A DNA stretch of 64,000 nucleotides from Myxococcota bacterium (GCA_039028615.1 JBCCHT010000019.1:128001-192000); one strand, 5' to 3'; numbered from the stretch's first letter, positions 9,745 to 19,576 are shown. The notes: generated by a model not told the origin, from the sequence alone. Program-made: numbers and translations.

Positions 9745-10146
9745 ATGAGCAAGGACCACGACGACAGCGCAATCGACGAACTGGACGCGAAGACCCTCGA
9801 GTACTTCCGCGGCAAGCTGACCGCGGCGCGGGACGAGCTGCTCGAGCGCAACCGGTCCCGTCTCTCCGATGTGCTCGACCACGACGAGGTCCTCAACGAC
9901 GAGGCCGACCACGCCGAGGCCGATCGAGCCCAGCAGTTCGAGCTACGCCTGGCCGACAAGGATCGCAAGCTGCTGCGCCTCATCGAGCATGCGCTCGGCA
10001 AGATCGACATCGGCGAGTACGGCCTGTGCGAAGGCACGGGTGAGCTCATTCCCCGTGCACGGCTAGAGCTGCGCCCCTGGGCGCGCTACTCCGTCGAGCA
10101 CAAGATGACGCTCGAGCGCGACCGAGCCCTCCACGCCGGGGGCTGA
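9745..10146 (+). CDS. dksA: DksA/TraR family transcription factor, Zn-finger-less (DksA2-like)
   Basis: Coiled-coil tip DEADHA (DxxDxA); GEYGLCEGTGELIPRARLELRPWARYSVE keeps only 1 of 4 Cys. Confidence 0.85.
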   Translation: MSKDHDDSAIDELDAKTLEYFRGKLTAARDELLERNRSRLSDVLDHDEVLNDEADHAEADRAQQFELRLADKDRKLLRLIEHALGKIDIGEYGLCEGTGELIPRARLELRPWARYSVEHKMTLERDRALHAGG

Positions 10147-10152
10147 CGCCCG

Positions 10153-10662
10153 CTACAACAACCGAATCCGCTCTGCCCTGACGATGGCCTCGTAGGGCAG
10201 CTCGCGGTGCGGTGTGCCCGGGCCCGAGCGGCGGTACTCGACCTTGCCCGCGACCTGCAGCCGCTGCCCGACCTGCACGACCTCGGTCTCCGCCCGCAGC
10301 CCCACGCCGTAGCGCTGCAATAACCGCGCGTGCAGAGCGGCGAGGTCCTCACCCGCGTCGCTGCGCACGAGTACCTGGGTAGAGCCATCGCCCAGCACGA
10401 AGTCCACGGCCTGGCGCGCGTTGACCTGGTAGGCGCGCGAGTTGTGGGCGGTCGCTCCGTCGAGGCCGATCGTGGTCGAGGGCGGCCACGCCCGGTATTC
10501 GATCATCACGCAGGGCTGACCGTCGAGCGGATCGCGAATCTGGTCGATGCACTCCACGCTGCCGGAGATCTCCACCCGGGAGGCCGTCGTCTCGACCAGC
10601 CCACCGAGCTCGGACACCGATTGATAGGGCCGCCAGAGGCGACGGAGCCAGTGCCACGCCAC
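10153..10662 (-). CDS. Hypothetical protein, GIDE-domain-like
   Basis: VEISGSVECIDQIRDPLDGQPCVMIEY...DFVLGDGSTQVLV...VQVGQRLQVAG pattern. Confidence 0.55.
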   Translation of the reverse strand: MAWHWLRRLWRPYQSVSELGGLVETTASRVEISGSVECIDQIRDPLDGQPCVMIEYRAWPPSTTIGLDGATAHNSRAYQVNARQAVDFVLGDGSTQVLVRSDAGEDLAALHARLLQRYGVGLRAETEVVQVGQRLQVAGKVEYRRSGPGTPHRELPYEAIVRAERIRLL

Positions 10663-10742
10663 GAGTGTCGACCCCTTTCCAGAACGGAGAAAGCCACGCC
10701 GAGTCCGAGGCGGACCCTGGCGTGGCTCCCACCTGACCCCGA

Positions 10743-12272
10743 CTAGGGCTTGATGAAGACCTTACCCGAGCTGAGCGCGTAGTTGACTCGCCAGGTCCGC
10801 AGCATGTTCAGGTTGATGTGCCCACCCACCTCGAACGCGGTGTTGCGCAGGAACATGTCGAGCGTGCCATCGGGGGGCTCGTTGACGAGCACCAGGCCGC
10901 TGGTGCCGGGCAGGGTCTTGTCGCCGAGGGTGAAGTTGTCGACGTAGACCATCTTGAGCCCGGCCTGAGCGTCGTCGGGCGGGTCGACGTCGCGGGGCAG
11001 GTGCCCGCTCTTGAGGTAGTGCTTCTTGGTGACCGACAGGCCCGAGCCGTAAGTGTGGCCCAGGTAGGCGTAGAAGCGGTGCTCGGAGCCGTCGATGCCG
11101 ATCGGGATGACCGGGGCGTGGGCCACGTGCATGCTCAGCATGAGCATCGGCAGCTCGACCTCGCCGTCGGCCGGACCCTCGGGGGCGACCTTGGCGACCT
11201 CGAGCGAGCGACCCGGGAAGTCGAAGGTGATCGAGCCCACCGCCTGCATGGCCTGACGACCGAGGATGACCCCCGGGGTCTCGCCCCCGAGCGCATCGGA
11301 GTAGGCGTCGAGCGGCTGGATGGTGGCCGGGATGTTCTTGATGGCGAGGTCGCCGAACTTCACCTCGGGGATGAGGACGATGGACACGTCCTCCTGGGAG
11401 CCGGGCGGCTTGTACTTGGCCAGCTCCTTCAAGCCCAGGGTGGCGGCGAGGCCAGCATCGATGACCGCCTCTTCGCGGCTCTCGATGAACATGGCCGGGG
11501 CGAACTCGCCACCGATCACCGCACCGCTGTACTTGAGGCCGTAGCCGACGTTGAGCTCGAGGCTGGAGCTGCCCTTGTCACCCTCGACGGTACACAGCGG
11601 ACCCTTGCCCTCGAAGGGGCGCATGAACGCGGCGTAGGCCTGGATGAGCGGCAGCAGCCCCTCGTTCTTGCCCATGCGCGGGAAGATCTCGTCGGTGACC
11701 TTGACCGCGTTGTCGGCGTCGCAGATCGCGTAGTAGCTCCACAGCATGGCCAGCCGCGGGTCGAGCTGCTCCTTGTCGTCCTCGAGGAGGACCTTCTGGA
11801 GCTCGACCGCTTCGAGGTGCTTGCCGACCGTCTGCAGGTTGTTGGCCATGCCGACGACGGCACCGAAGTTCTTGTCGTCGATCTCGAGCGCGCGCTCGTA
11901 GGCCTCCGTGCTGCCGTCGAAGTCACCCGCGCGCCAGCGAGCGGCGCCCAAGATGGCGTAGGCGTCGGCGTTCTCGGGATTCTCTTCCAGCGCCTCGTCG
12001 GCCCGCTTGGCGGCGGAGACGTAGCGACCCTTGAAGAGGTCCTCGTTCGCCAAGCGAACGAGCTCGGAGATCTTGGCGTCTTGCTTGGCCTTGGCCACCG
12101 CGGCTTCGACCTCGGCGGTCGAAGCAGCACCGCCACCCTCTTCGGGGTTGTCGGTGCCTTTGCCTTTCTTGCCGCACGCCGTGGTGCCCATCATGACGAG
12201 GGCGAGACCGACGGTCGCGACGCGGGGGCTGATGAAGGAAGGGATACGGGACAGGACCGTGCTGCGTCGCAT
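10743..12272 (-). CDS. Lipoprotein with TPR repeats and two degenerate retropepsin-like (aspartyl protease) domains
   Basis: AGGAG RBS; lipobox TTAC; TPRs (ENPENADAYAILG...); GVILGRQAM...ITFDFP and GGHINLNML...VNYA. Confidence 0.7.
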   Translation of the reverse strand: MRRSTVLSRIPSFISPRVATVGLALVMMGTTACGKKGKGTDNPEEGGGAASTAEVEAAVAKAKQDAKISELVRLANEDLFKGRYVSAAKRADEALEENPENADAYAILGAARWRAGDFDGSTEAYERALEIDDKNFGAVVGMANNLQTVGKHLEAVELQKVLLEDDKEQLDPRLAMLWSYYAICDADNAVKVTDEIFPRMGKNEGLLPLIQAYAAFMRPFEGKGPLCTVEGDKGSSSLELNVGYGLKYSGAVIGGEFAPAMFIESREEAVIDAGLAATLGLKELAKYKPPGSQEDVSIVLIPEVKFGDLAIKNIPATIQPLDAYSDALGGETPGVILGRQAMQAVGSITFDFPGRSLEVAKVAPEGPADGEVELPMLMLSMHVAHAPVIPIGIDGSEHRFYAYLGHTYGSGLSVTKKHYLKSGHLPRDVDPPDDAQAGLKMVYVDNFTLGDKTLPGTSGLVLVNEPPDGTLDMFLRNTAFEVGGHINLNMLRTWRVNYALSSGKVFIKP

Positions 12273-12568
12273 GGAGCTCTCCTGGGCGACCCGGCTGGCG
12301 GGAACGCGCGGAGCAGCATAACCGCCGGGCCACGCGAGCGGCAAACGGCGACGGCCGAGCCGGCCACCGAGCGCCCAGCCCTCCCAACGGGCCGGCACCC
12401 GGGCCCTTACGCGGCCTCGCAGGCCCTCGCGAGCGACTGGGGTGAAAACGGGAGCAACGGGCCGGTCCGGCCCCGCACCACGCGATTGGCCCCTACCTCA
12501 CGGACTGGGGTCAAAAACCCGGGTTTCGGGCCCGCAGCCCCACGCGAGCACGGGAGATCGTGTCGAGA

Positions 12569-13603
12569 TCAAGCGCTGGGACGCCGCACGAGCCATAACC
12601 CGGGCAACGCCACCAGGGCCGCCCCCACGAAGGTGAGGATGTACATCACGGCCGAAAAGCTCGGTCCGGGCCCCAGCAACTGCTCCTCGGTGAGAAACAG
12701 ACTGAGGGCCAGGCCCGCGCCGATCTGAAAGGTGCCCGCCTGGGCGGGGCCGCCGGGTAGCTGGATGCTCAGGCCCACGATGGCCACCACCGCTGCGGCC
12801 GCCGCCGCCCCCAGGTGGATCCCACAGCCGCGCAGCACGAGCCACAGCTGGAACGTGGTCAGCGCCCAATAGAAGAACGACCACCCCACCAGCGGCACGG
12901 CGCGACGCAGGTCGAGCACGGGGCGCACGGGCTCGGCCACGCGCACGACCAAGCCGGCCGCGCGAGACCCCAGCGCGCCGGGGACGATGCGACTCACCAC
13001 CGCGGCCACGCGATCGGGCACCGCCGCCGCGAGCAGCAAGACGAACAGGCCGACCACGAACAGCACCAGCATGCCGCGACCGACCGCCTGCACCTGGCCG
13101 AGTTCCCCGGTCACGTTCGAACTCAGCTCGGGCGCGAGGGCGAGGCCGCCGAAGAGCATCGCGCAGATCACCAGGCCATCGAGGATGCGCTCGGTGGCGA
13201 CGGCCGAGAGCGCCTCGGCGAACCCGACCCCGGGCTCGCGTGACCGCGCCAAGAGGATCGGCCGCGAGAACTCGCCGAGCTTGAGCGGCAGCACGATGAG
13301 CACGAAGAACGACACGAGCCCGCTGCCGTAGATCGCCGCCCGACTCATCCGCGGGCGAGCCCCGTCGGTGGCTGCTTCGACGACGGGGTCGAGCAAGTAC
13401 GACAGGCGCATCGCTCGGACCAACGCGTAGGGCACGTGCACGGCGAGGGCCAGCCCCACCAGCTCGGGCGCGGGCAGGCTGAGCTCATCCGGCCACAGCG
13501 GCAGCTGCTTGGACGCCAACCACAGAAACACTCCGCCTCCGACCAGCGATGCCAGCCAAGTCAGGGCACGACGACGTGCCGAGGTGGGAGCGGGTTCCTG
13601 CAT
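12569..13603 (-). CDS. Lysylphosphatidylglycerol synthase TM-domain (UPF0104, flippase-like) membrane protein
   Basis: RAMRL, LPLKLGEFSRP, ERILDG, LPGGPAQAGTFQ; many TM helices. Confidence 0.85.
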   Translation of the reverse strand: MQEPAPTSARRRALTWLASLVGGGVFLWLASKQLPLWPDELSLPAPELVGLALAVHVPYALVRAMRLSYLLDPVVEAATDGARPRMSRAAIYGSGLVSFFVLIVLPLKLGEFSRPILLARSREPGVGFAEALSAVATERILDGLVICAMLFGGLALAPELSSNVTGELGQVQAVGRGMLVLFVVGLFVLLLAAAVPDRVAAVVSRIVPGALGSRAAGLVVRVAEPVRPVLDLRRAVPLVGWSFFYWALTTFQLWLVLRGCGIHLGAAAAAAVVAIVGLSIQLPGGPAQAGTFQIGAGLALSLFLTEEQLLGPGPSFSAVMYILTFVGAALVALPGLWLVRRPSA

Positions 13604-13690
13604 GCGAGGGGGCGCGTCGACGTTGTAGTCGGCGTCGGCGATTTGGCCAAGCGTAGGGGGGCACGACGAGCTGTTGTAGGCTGACCGGGA

Positions 13691-14749
13691 ATGGGGCTGG
13701 GAGCGGTACTGGGGTGGGCGTTGGCCTCACCCGTGGCATTCGTGACCCCGCCGGAGATCCCGCCCACCTCCGTCGAGCTGCGCTGGGAGACCGTCCCCTC
13801 GTGCCCGAGCCGCCAGCGCGTGCGCGAGGAGTTGGGCGCGCTGCTCGGCCCGGCTGCGCCCGCCGAGGCTCGAGCCCACGGGACCCTCCGCGGTCGGGAG
13901 GGGGCCTACGCACTCCAGCTGGAGATCGAGGTCGGCGAACGACGGGAGCAACGCCAGCTCGAGGCCGCCGACTGCACGCTGCTCACCCGGGCGGGCGTGC
14001 TGGTGATCGCGGTGACGGTCGACGCCCTGGCCGTCCGCGCGACGCTCGAGCCTCCGCCCGTGCAGGCGCCCAAGGGGCTGGTCCGCCCGACGCCAACCGA
14101 GCCGACGACAACCGACCAGGCCGAGGTGCCCGCGGCCTTCGCCGCACCACCCGCGGAAGACTCGGCCCCCGAGCCCCGATCCGCCGCCGCCGCGCCGCTG
14201 GGCCCCGCACCGACGAACGACGCGAAGCCGCCGACCCACGGCACGCTGGGCGCCAGCGCGGGTCTGGCCTGGGGTCTCAATCCCGCCCTCGCCGCGGGGG
14301 TGAGCGGAGAATTCGGCCTCGAGCGCGGGCCGCTGCAGCTGCTCGTGGCCGGCTACCACTGGTTTTCCCGCTCGACCCCGCAATCGGCACAGACCGGGGT
14401 CGAGGCGGCGCTGTCCGGGGGCCTTTTGCGAGGCTGCTTCGTCTGGTCCCGGGCGCGGTTTCGGTTTCCGTTGTGCGGCGGCATCGACCTGGCCGCCATG
14501 CACGGCGGTGGCGTGGGCACGGCCGTGCGGCGCCTCGATGTCGTGGACCTATGGGCGGCCGTGAGCGCAGGCGCGGGCCTGCGTGTCTCCGTCAGCCCGC
14601 GCTTTGCGCTGATGGCCCGGGTGGAGACCTCCTTTGCCCTGCGCCGCCCTGCGATGGCGCTTCTCGACGCGGAGACCTCCACCACCACCTTTCGCATGCC
14701 CGAAGTGGGGGTGCGCCTGACCACCGGGCCAATTTTTCGGCTGTGGTGA
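13691..14749 (+). CDS. Myxobacterial exported protein with C-terminal beta-barrel-like region, ECF-module associated
   Basis: N-terminal CPS...RQLEAADC...LVIAV domain, Pro-rich linker, amphipathic strands ending in W. Confidence 0.65.
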   Translation: MGLGAVLGWALASPVAFVTPPEIPPTSVELRWETVPSCPSRQRVREELGALLGPAAPAEARAHGTLRGREGAYALQLEIEVGERREQRQLEAADCTLLTRAGVLVIAVTVDALAVRATLEPPPVQAPKGLVRPTPTEPTTTDQAEVPAAFAAPPAEDSAPEPRSAAAAPLGPAPTNDAKPPTHGTLGASAGLAWGLNPALAAGVSGEFGLERGPLQLLVAGYHWFSRSTPQSAQTGVEAALSGGLLRGCFVWSRARFRFPLCGGIDLAAMHGGGVGTAVRRLDVVDLWAAVSAGAGLRVSVSPRFALMARVETSFALRRPAMALLDAETSTTTFRMPEVGVRLTTGPIFRLW

Positions 14750-14786
14750 AAGGGAAATCGCGTCCGGGCGGTGCAAGGTAGTCACG

Positions 14787-16016
14787 ATGGCCCCCGATCC
14801 ACCCGCTCGCCGCCCCGCCGAAGGGCTCGAAGCGATCTACCGCAAGCACCACGGCCTGGTCCGCTGGGTGCTGCGCGCCCGCGGGGTTCCCGAGGCGGCC
14901 CTCGACGACCAGGTCCACGAGGTGTTCGTCGCGATCTGCCGTCGCCTGCCCGAGCGCAACCCCGAGGTGCCCCTGCGGACCTGGGTCGCGGGCGTGGCCC
15001 GGAACGTGGGGTTCTCGCACCGACGCTCGGCCGCCCGGCGCAAGCGACAGACCGAGGGCCTGGCCCCCAACGACGACGCGCCGGTTCGGCCCGACGAGCT
15101 GTTCGAGCAGCGCGAAGCCTGGCGTGCCCTCGAGCAATTCCTCGAGGACCTCGGGCCTCGCCACCGTGAGGTCTTCGTGATGGTGGAGATGACCGGGATG
15201 CGGGTCAGCGAGGTCGCCGAGTCCATGGGGCTGCCTCCGAACACGCTGCACTCGCGGCTCAAGGTGGCGCGGACTCGGTTCTCGCAGCGCTTCGTGGAGC
15301 CCGACGAGACCCGGGCCGAGGTCGTTCGCCGAGCGAGACGCCGAGGGCATGCCTCGCCCGAGCAGCGTCGACGGACCTGGGGCCTCATCGTGGCGTCGAC
15401 GCGCGGCGGAGGCCTGCTGCCCGTCGCAAGTCCGCTCGCAGCCGCCCCCGCGAAGCTGGCCGCGCTGTTCGGCTCGCCCTGGCTCACCGGGTCGATGATC
15501 GCCACCGCGATCGTGATCGCGGGGGTGACCGTGTTTGCGAGCGAGGGACCCGAGCCGCCCCGTCACAAACACGAGACCGTCGCCTCGGCCGTCGAGTCGA
15601 AGGACGCTGCTGCACCGTCGGAAACTCCGGGCAACGAAGCCTTCGCGCCGCCCCCCATCGCCGCCCTCCCCTCTGAGCGCGTGGCCGATCCCTCTCGAAG
15701 CACGGTCGCCCAACCAGAGACCAAAGACCGCAAGCGCCCCGCTCAGAGCCCGAAACCAGCGACCGCCAACGACCCGCTCGCCACGACCGTCGCCGCCCTG
15801 AGCAAGGCTCGTAGCTTGCTCGCCGCCGGTCGTCCTCGCCCTGCGCTCGCGCGGCTCGACGCCCTGCCCTCCAACGTCGGGGCCCTCGAACGCGACCGTC
15901 GGCGGCTCGAGCTCGAGGCGCGATGTGCCCTCGGCGAGGACGCCAAAGCCCGCGGTGCCGCCCAGGCCCTCGCCCGCATGGGCGCCACCGTCGACACCGA
16001 ATCCCCCTGCGGCTGA
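14787..16016 (+). CDS. ECF sigma-70 factor fused to an anti-sigma-like TM and periplasmic extension
   Basis: Sigma2 (VRWVLR..GV..AALDDQVHEVF, LRTWVAGVARN); sigma4 (REVFVMVEMTGM..EVAE..GLPPNTLHSRL); TM at about aa 225-250; C-terminal helical domain. Confidence 0.85.
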   Translation: MAPDPPARRPAEGLEAIYRKHHGLVRWVLRARGVPEAALDDQVHEVFVAICRRLPERNPEVPLRTWVAGVARNVGFSHRRSAARRKRQTEGLAPNDDAPVRPDELFEQREAWRALEQFLEDLGPRHREVFVMVEMTGMRVSEVAESMGLPPNTLHSRLKVARTRFSQRFVEPDETRAEVVRRARRRGHASPEQRRRTWGLIVASTRGGGLLPVASPLAAAPAKLAALFGSPWLTGSMIATAIVIAGVTVFASEGPEPPRHKHETVASAVESKDAAAPSETPGNEAFAPPPIAALPSERVADPSRSTVAQPETKDRKRPAQSPKPATANDPLATTVAALSKARSLLAAGRPRPALARLDALPSNVGALERDRRRLELEARCALGEDAKARGAAQALARMGATVDTESPCG

Positions 16017-16075
16017 ATCATGCCCACCACGAAAATAGTCTCGGGGTTGTCGCCCGCCGCGGTGCAAGACACAGC

Positions 16076-17170
16076 ATGAACAGACTATCGATGGTGCTCA
16101 CCTGCCTGGCGCTGGCCGCATGCGATCCTCCGCCGCAGCCCGCGGGTGAAGTGGAAGACACGGGCGGCGCGGATACCAACGACCCCGCCGATCCCAGCGC
16201 GCAGTGGTCGGCCCCGTTGGATCCCGGCGGGCTCATCTTGCACATGGAGGCCTCGGCCGAGCGCGTCGTCGTGGTGAACACCGGGGTCTATCCCGACACA
16301 TACACCACCGTCTCCGCCTATACCCCGAGCATGGAGCTCGACTGGCAGCTCGAGTTCGACGAGTTCACGGCCGGCGACTTCGTGGCCCTCGACGATGGCA
16401 GTTACCTGCTCTCCGGTGCCGAGGGGCCGATCGACGCCCAAGACCCCAGCGTCTTGCACCTGTCCTGCTGCGGTGAGTTCGAGCCCGCGTTCCTCAACCC
16501 CCAACCGGGGGGCGAATCGGGCAGCGCCTTTCTGGTCTCGCCCTACGCCGACGGCTATATGCTGGCGACGACCGGTTTCGAAGGCGGCATTTCGTTGGTC
16601 CTCGTGGACGCCGAGTTCAACTTCATCTGGGAGAGTGCGTTCTACGGCTACCCCTACGCGCTGGTGGAGGGACCCACCGGGGACCTCGTGATGCTCGGTG
16701 ACGTTGGCCCCGGGAACCTGATCCTGTGGGACGTCACCGACGAAGGCGTGGGCGTCGGCATGAGCCTCTCCGAACCCACCGCATTGCTGGGTCGGGGCGC
16801 CGACCTCACGCTGCTGGCGTCGGGGCTCGATCAGGTCGTGCTGCGCCCCTGGGGCGAGGACGACGCGGTCGCGCTCGCGATCCCCCAGCTCGATTTCGTC
16901 ATGCCCGAGTACACGGCAACCCGCGGGAACCATGTGGTCGTCGCCAACGCGGTCACCACCGACGCCGGTCTGGTGCGGCTCCAGGTCACCGAGGGCAACG
17001 ATGCGGGTGACGTCCTCCGCCGCGTGTTCATCGACGGCACCCCGGGCCAGCAGTATTTGTATGCGACCGCGGCCGCGGTCAGCGACGACGACGCGATCTA
17101 TGTCGTCACGCAAGAGGGGGTGAACGCGGGACCGGAGGTCGCGCTGCTGCACCGTATTCCGGCCCTGTGA
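16076..17170 (+). CDS. Hypothetical lipoprotein (beta-propeller-like)
   Basis: Lipobox LAAC; acidic, beta-rich. Confidence 0.7.
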   Translation: MNRLSMVLTCLALAACDPPPQPAGEVEDTGGADTNDPADPSAQWSAPLDPGGLILHMEASAERVVVVNTGVYPDTYTTVSAYTPSMELDWQLEFDEFTAGDFVALDDGSYLLSGAEGPIDAQDPSVLHLSCCGEFEPAFLNPQPGGESGSAFLVSPYADGYMLATTGFEGGISLVLVDAEFNFIWESAFYGYPYALVEGPTGDLVMLGDVGPGNLILWDVTDEGVGVGMSLSEPTALLGRGADLTLLASGLDQVVLRPWGEDDAVALAIPQLDFVMPEYTATRGNHVVVANAVTTDAGLVRLQVTEGNDAGDVLRRVFIDGTPGQQYLYATAAAVSDDDAIYVVTQEGVNAGPEVALLHRIPAL

Positions 17171-17220
17171 GGGGGCGCGGGCGGCCTTCCCTTCGGTTTG
17201 CTGCTACAACCGCAGCCGCG

Positions 17221-17892
17221 ATGACCGAGATCCTTCCTTGCGTCGAGATCGAGCCGAAGGGCGGGGCCGCCCAGGGGGCCGTGGTGTGGCTGCACGGGCT
17301 GGGGGCCAACGGGCACGACTTCGAGCCCATCGTGCCGATGTTGCAGCGGCCGGAGCTGCGCTTCGTGTTCCCGCACGCGCCACCGATGCCGGTCACCATC
17401 AACCAGGGCTTCGTGATGCCGTCCTGGTACGACATCAAGACCCTCGAGCGCTCGCCCGACCGCGAGAGCGAGCCGGATATCCGCCGCTCCGCAAAGTATG
17501 TCGAGGCGCTGATCCAGCGCGAGCGGGAACGAGGTGTTCCGGCGGATCGCATCGTGCTGGCCGGGTTCTCGCAGGGCGCCGCCATGACCCTGCATGTGGG
17601 CCTCCGGCACCCCGAGACGCTGGCGGGGCTGCTGGTGCTCTCTGGCTACCACCTCGTCGCGAATACCTACGCGGCCGAGCGCAGCGAGGCGAACCTCGCC
17701 ACGCCCATGCTCATGTGCCACGGCACCCGCGACGACGTGCTCCCGATCGATCTGGGGCGCTCGGCTCGGGACTTCATGCAAGAGCAAATGCCGACCTCGG
17801 AGATCGAGTGGCACGAGTTTCCGATCGGGCACGAAGTCAGCGTGCCCGAGATCGAGATTGTGGCCGCCTGGTTCGCCAAGCGCTTCGGCTGA
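17221..17892 (+). CDS. Phospholipase/carboxylesterase (alpha/beta hydrolase)
   Basis: WLHGLGANGHDF, MPSWYDI, GFSQGA, HGTRDDV, GHEV. Confidence 0.93.
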   Translation: MTEILPCVEIEPKGGAAQGAVVWLHGLGANGHDFEPIVPMLQRPELRFVFPHAPPMPVTINQGFVMPSWYDIKTLERSPDRESEPDIRRSAKYVEALIQRERERGVPADRIVLAGFSQGAAMTLHVGLRHPETLAGLLVLSGYHLVANTYAAERSEANLATPMLMCHGTRDDVLPIDLGRSARDFMQEQMPTSEIEWHEFPIGHEVSVPEIEIVAAWFAKRFG

Positions 17893-17950
17893 GTTCCCCT
17901 CCCCCCGCGCCCACGACAACCGTCGCGGGGTCGTGAGAGACTGACCGTCG

Positions 17951-19204
17951 ATGGATCGAATGTCGACGATGAACGCGACCGCACCGAAGGTCGTCCGCCA
18001 TGGGCTCGTCGGCGTATGCGGCTCCCTGGTGCTGGCGATGGGCTGCGGCCCCACCATCACGCCCCAGACCTCGGGCGCAGGGTCGGGCTCGGGCTCGGGC
18101 GCCGACTCCAGCGGCGCGGGCGTAGAGGAGACCGGGGCGGACTCGACCTCCGGGGCCGACGACAGCTCGGGCGAGATGGGCCTGGTGCCCTGCTTTGCGC
18201 GGCTGTCGACCCTCTCCGCGACCACCATGATCGCGCTGAACGTCGATGACGACGGCTATGCCGATCTGCTGACCGGCAGCTTCGGGGTGGGGTTCGGCAA
18301 CGCCGTCGACATCCAGCTCAACAGGGGCGACTCGTGGACCATCCTCGGCAGCTTGGGCGGAGGAGAGTTTGCCCGCTTCGTCCCCTTCGACGAAGACCTC
18401 GATGGCTTCAGTGACATCGCGTTCTACGATCCGCCCGCCGAGCCGGCGCTGCTGCGCAACGTCGGGGCGAGCTTCGCCGATCCCGAGCCGCTGGCCGAGC
18501 CGTGGATCGACGCGCTGTGGGTCGACCTGAACGCCGACGGTACCAACGATGTCGTGCGGTTCGTCGATGAAGTGCAGATCAGCACCTACCAACGGGAGGC
18601 CGACGGCACACCCACCCCGTTGACCACCACCGAGTTCGAGCCCCCGGACGCGGGCATGGACCCCGTGTGCCCGCCGTGGAGCCTGATCGGCGGCACGGCC
18701 AGCTTCAACACACCGCATGCCGTGCGTCGCTACTCCCGCTGCTGTGAGCGCCGCTGCGAGTACGAGTCGCAGATCTTCGCGATCGAAGACGGCGTGCCCA
18801 GCCTCGTCGCGACCTACGACGGCCCCGCCGCGCGCTGGCTCGGCGATTTCGAGGGCGATGGACAGCTCGAGCTCATCACGCCCGAAGGCCTGGTCGACAA
18901 CGTGGTGGATGGCGGGCTCGTGCAGCGCATGAACCTCGAGACCTCCGACTGGGCGGTGGGCGACCTCGAGCCCGATGGGCTGCTCGATCTGGTGGTGAAT
19001 ACCCACCCAGGCTCCGGCACCGACGACCCGCCGATGAGCGCGGTGCGGTTCGGCGCCGACGAGTGGATGATCTCGTACGAGCTCGAGGGGCGCCGCCCCG
19101 GGCCCATCGCCGACTACGATGGCGACGGAGACCGCGACCTCATCCTCGAGGGGTGGGAGCCGGGCAACCCGGTCGTCATCGAGTTCGACCAGTGCCCGCC
19201 CTAG
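17951..19204 (+). CDS. FG-GAP/VCBS-repeat lipoprotein
   Basis: Lipobox AMGC; repeats NVDDDGYADL, DEDLDGFSDI, DLNADGTNDV, DFEGDGQLEL, DLEPDGLLDL, DYDGDGDRDL. Confidence 0.8.
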   Translation: MDRMSTMNATAPKVVRHGLVGVCGSLVLAMGCGPTITPQTSGAGSGSGSGADSSGAGVEETGADSTSGADDSSGEMGLVPCFARLSTLSATTMIALNVDDDGYADLLTGSFGVGFGNAVDIQLNRGDSWTILGSLGGGEFARFVPFDEDLDGFSDIAFYDPPAEPALLRNVGASFADPEPLAEPWIDALWVDLNADGTNDVVRFVDEVQISTYQREADGTPTPLTTTEFEPPDAGMDPVCPPWSLIGGTASFNTPHAVRRYSRCCERRCEYESQIFAIEDGVPSLVATYDGPAARWLGDFEGDGQLELITPEGLVDNVVDGGLVQRMNLETSDWAVGDLEPDGLLDLVVNTHPGSGTDDPPMSAVRFGADEWMISYELEGRRPGPIADYDGDGDRDLILEGWEPGNPVVIEFDQCPP

Positions 19205-19210
19205 GGCGCG

Positions 19211-19576
19211 TCAGCCGATGCCCCCCAGCGCGCCCGCGATCACCACGAGCAGCACCGCGATGAGCAGCGCGGCCAAGAAGAACTTGGCGATGATGGCGAT
19301 GACCGAGATCGTCAGGCCCAGCGCGGCAATGCGGACCGGCTCGCGGCGCGCCAGCGCGACGATGCCCGACAACGTCCCCAGGATGCCGAACACGAGCGAC
19401 GCGAGCAGGAAGGGGTCGTCCTTCGGCGTCTCGAAGAAACGCTCGACGACATCACCGCTGAGCAAGACCCACAGGGCCAGCCCCAGGGCGACGAGGCCGA
19501 AGCCGAGGCTGCTCCAGGCGGCATAGGGCTTGGCGTCGGGTTCGGGGCTGGGCTGGTTCATCGGCTCGTCTCTCAT
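19211..19576 (-). CDS. Small membrane protein, translationally coupled to the sheath gene
   Basis: 3-4 hydrophobic helices; ATGA overlap with the sheath stop. Confidence 0.7.
   Translation of the reverse strand: MRDEPMNQPSPEPDAKPYAAWSSLGFGLVALGLALWVLLSGDVVERFFETPKDDPFLLASLVFGILGTLSGIVALARREPVRIAALGLTISVIAIIAKFFLAALLIAVLLVVIAGALGGIG

Noticed and set aside
16008..16050. ECF fusion ends in C-G-TGA, possible Sec
   Set aside because: No convincing downstream hairpin and no CxxU spacing; treated as a normal stop.
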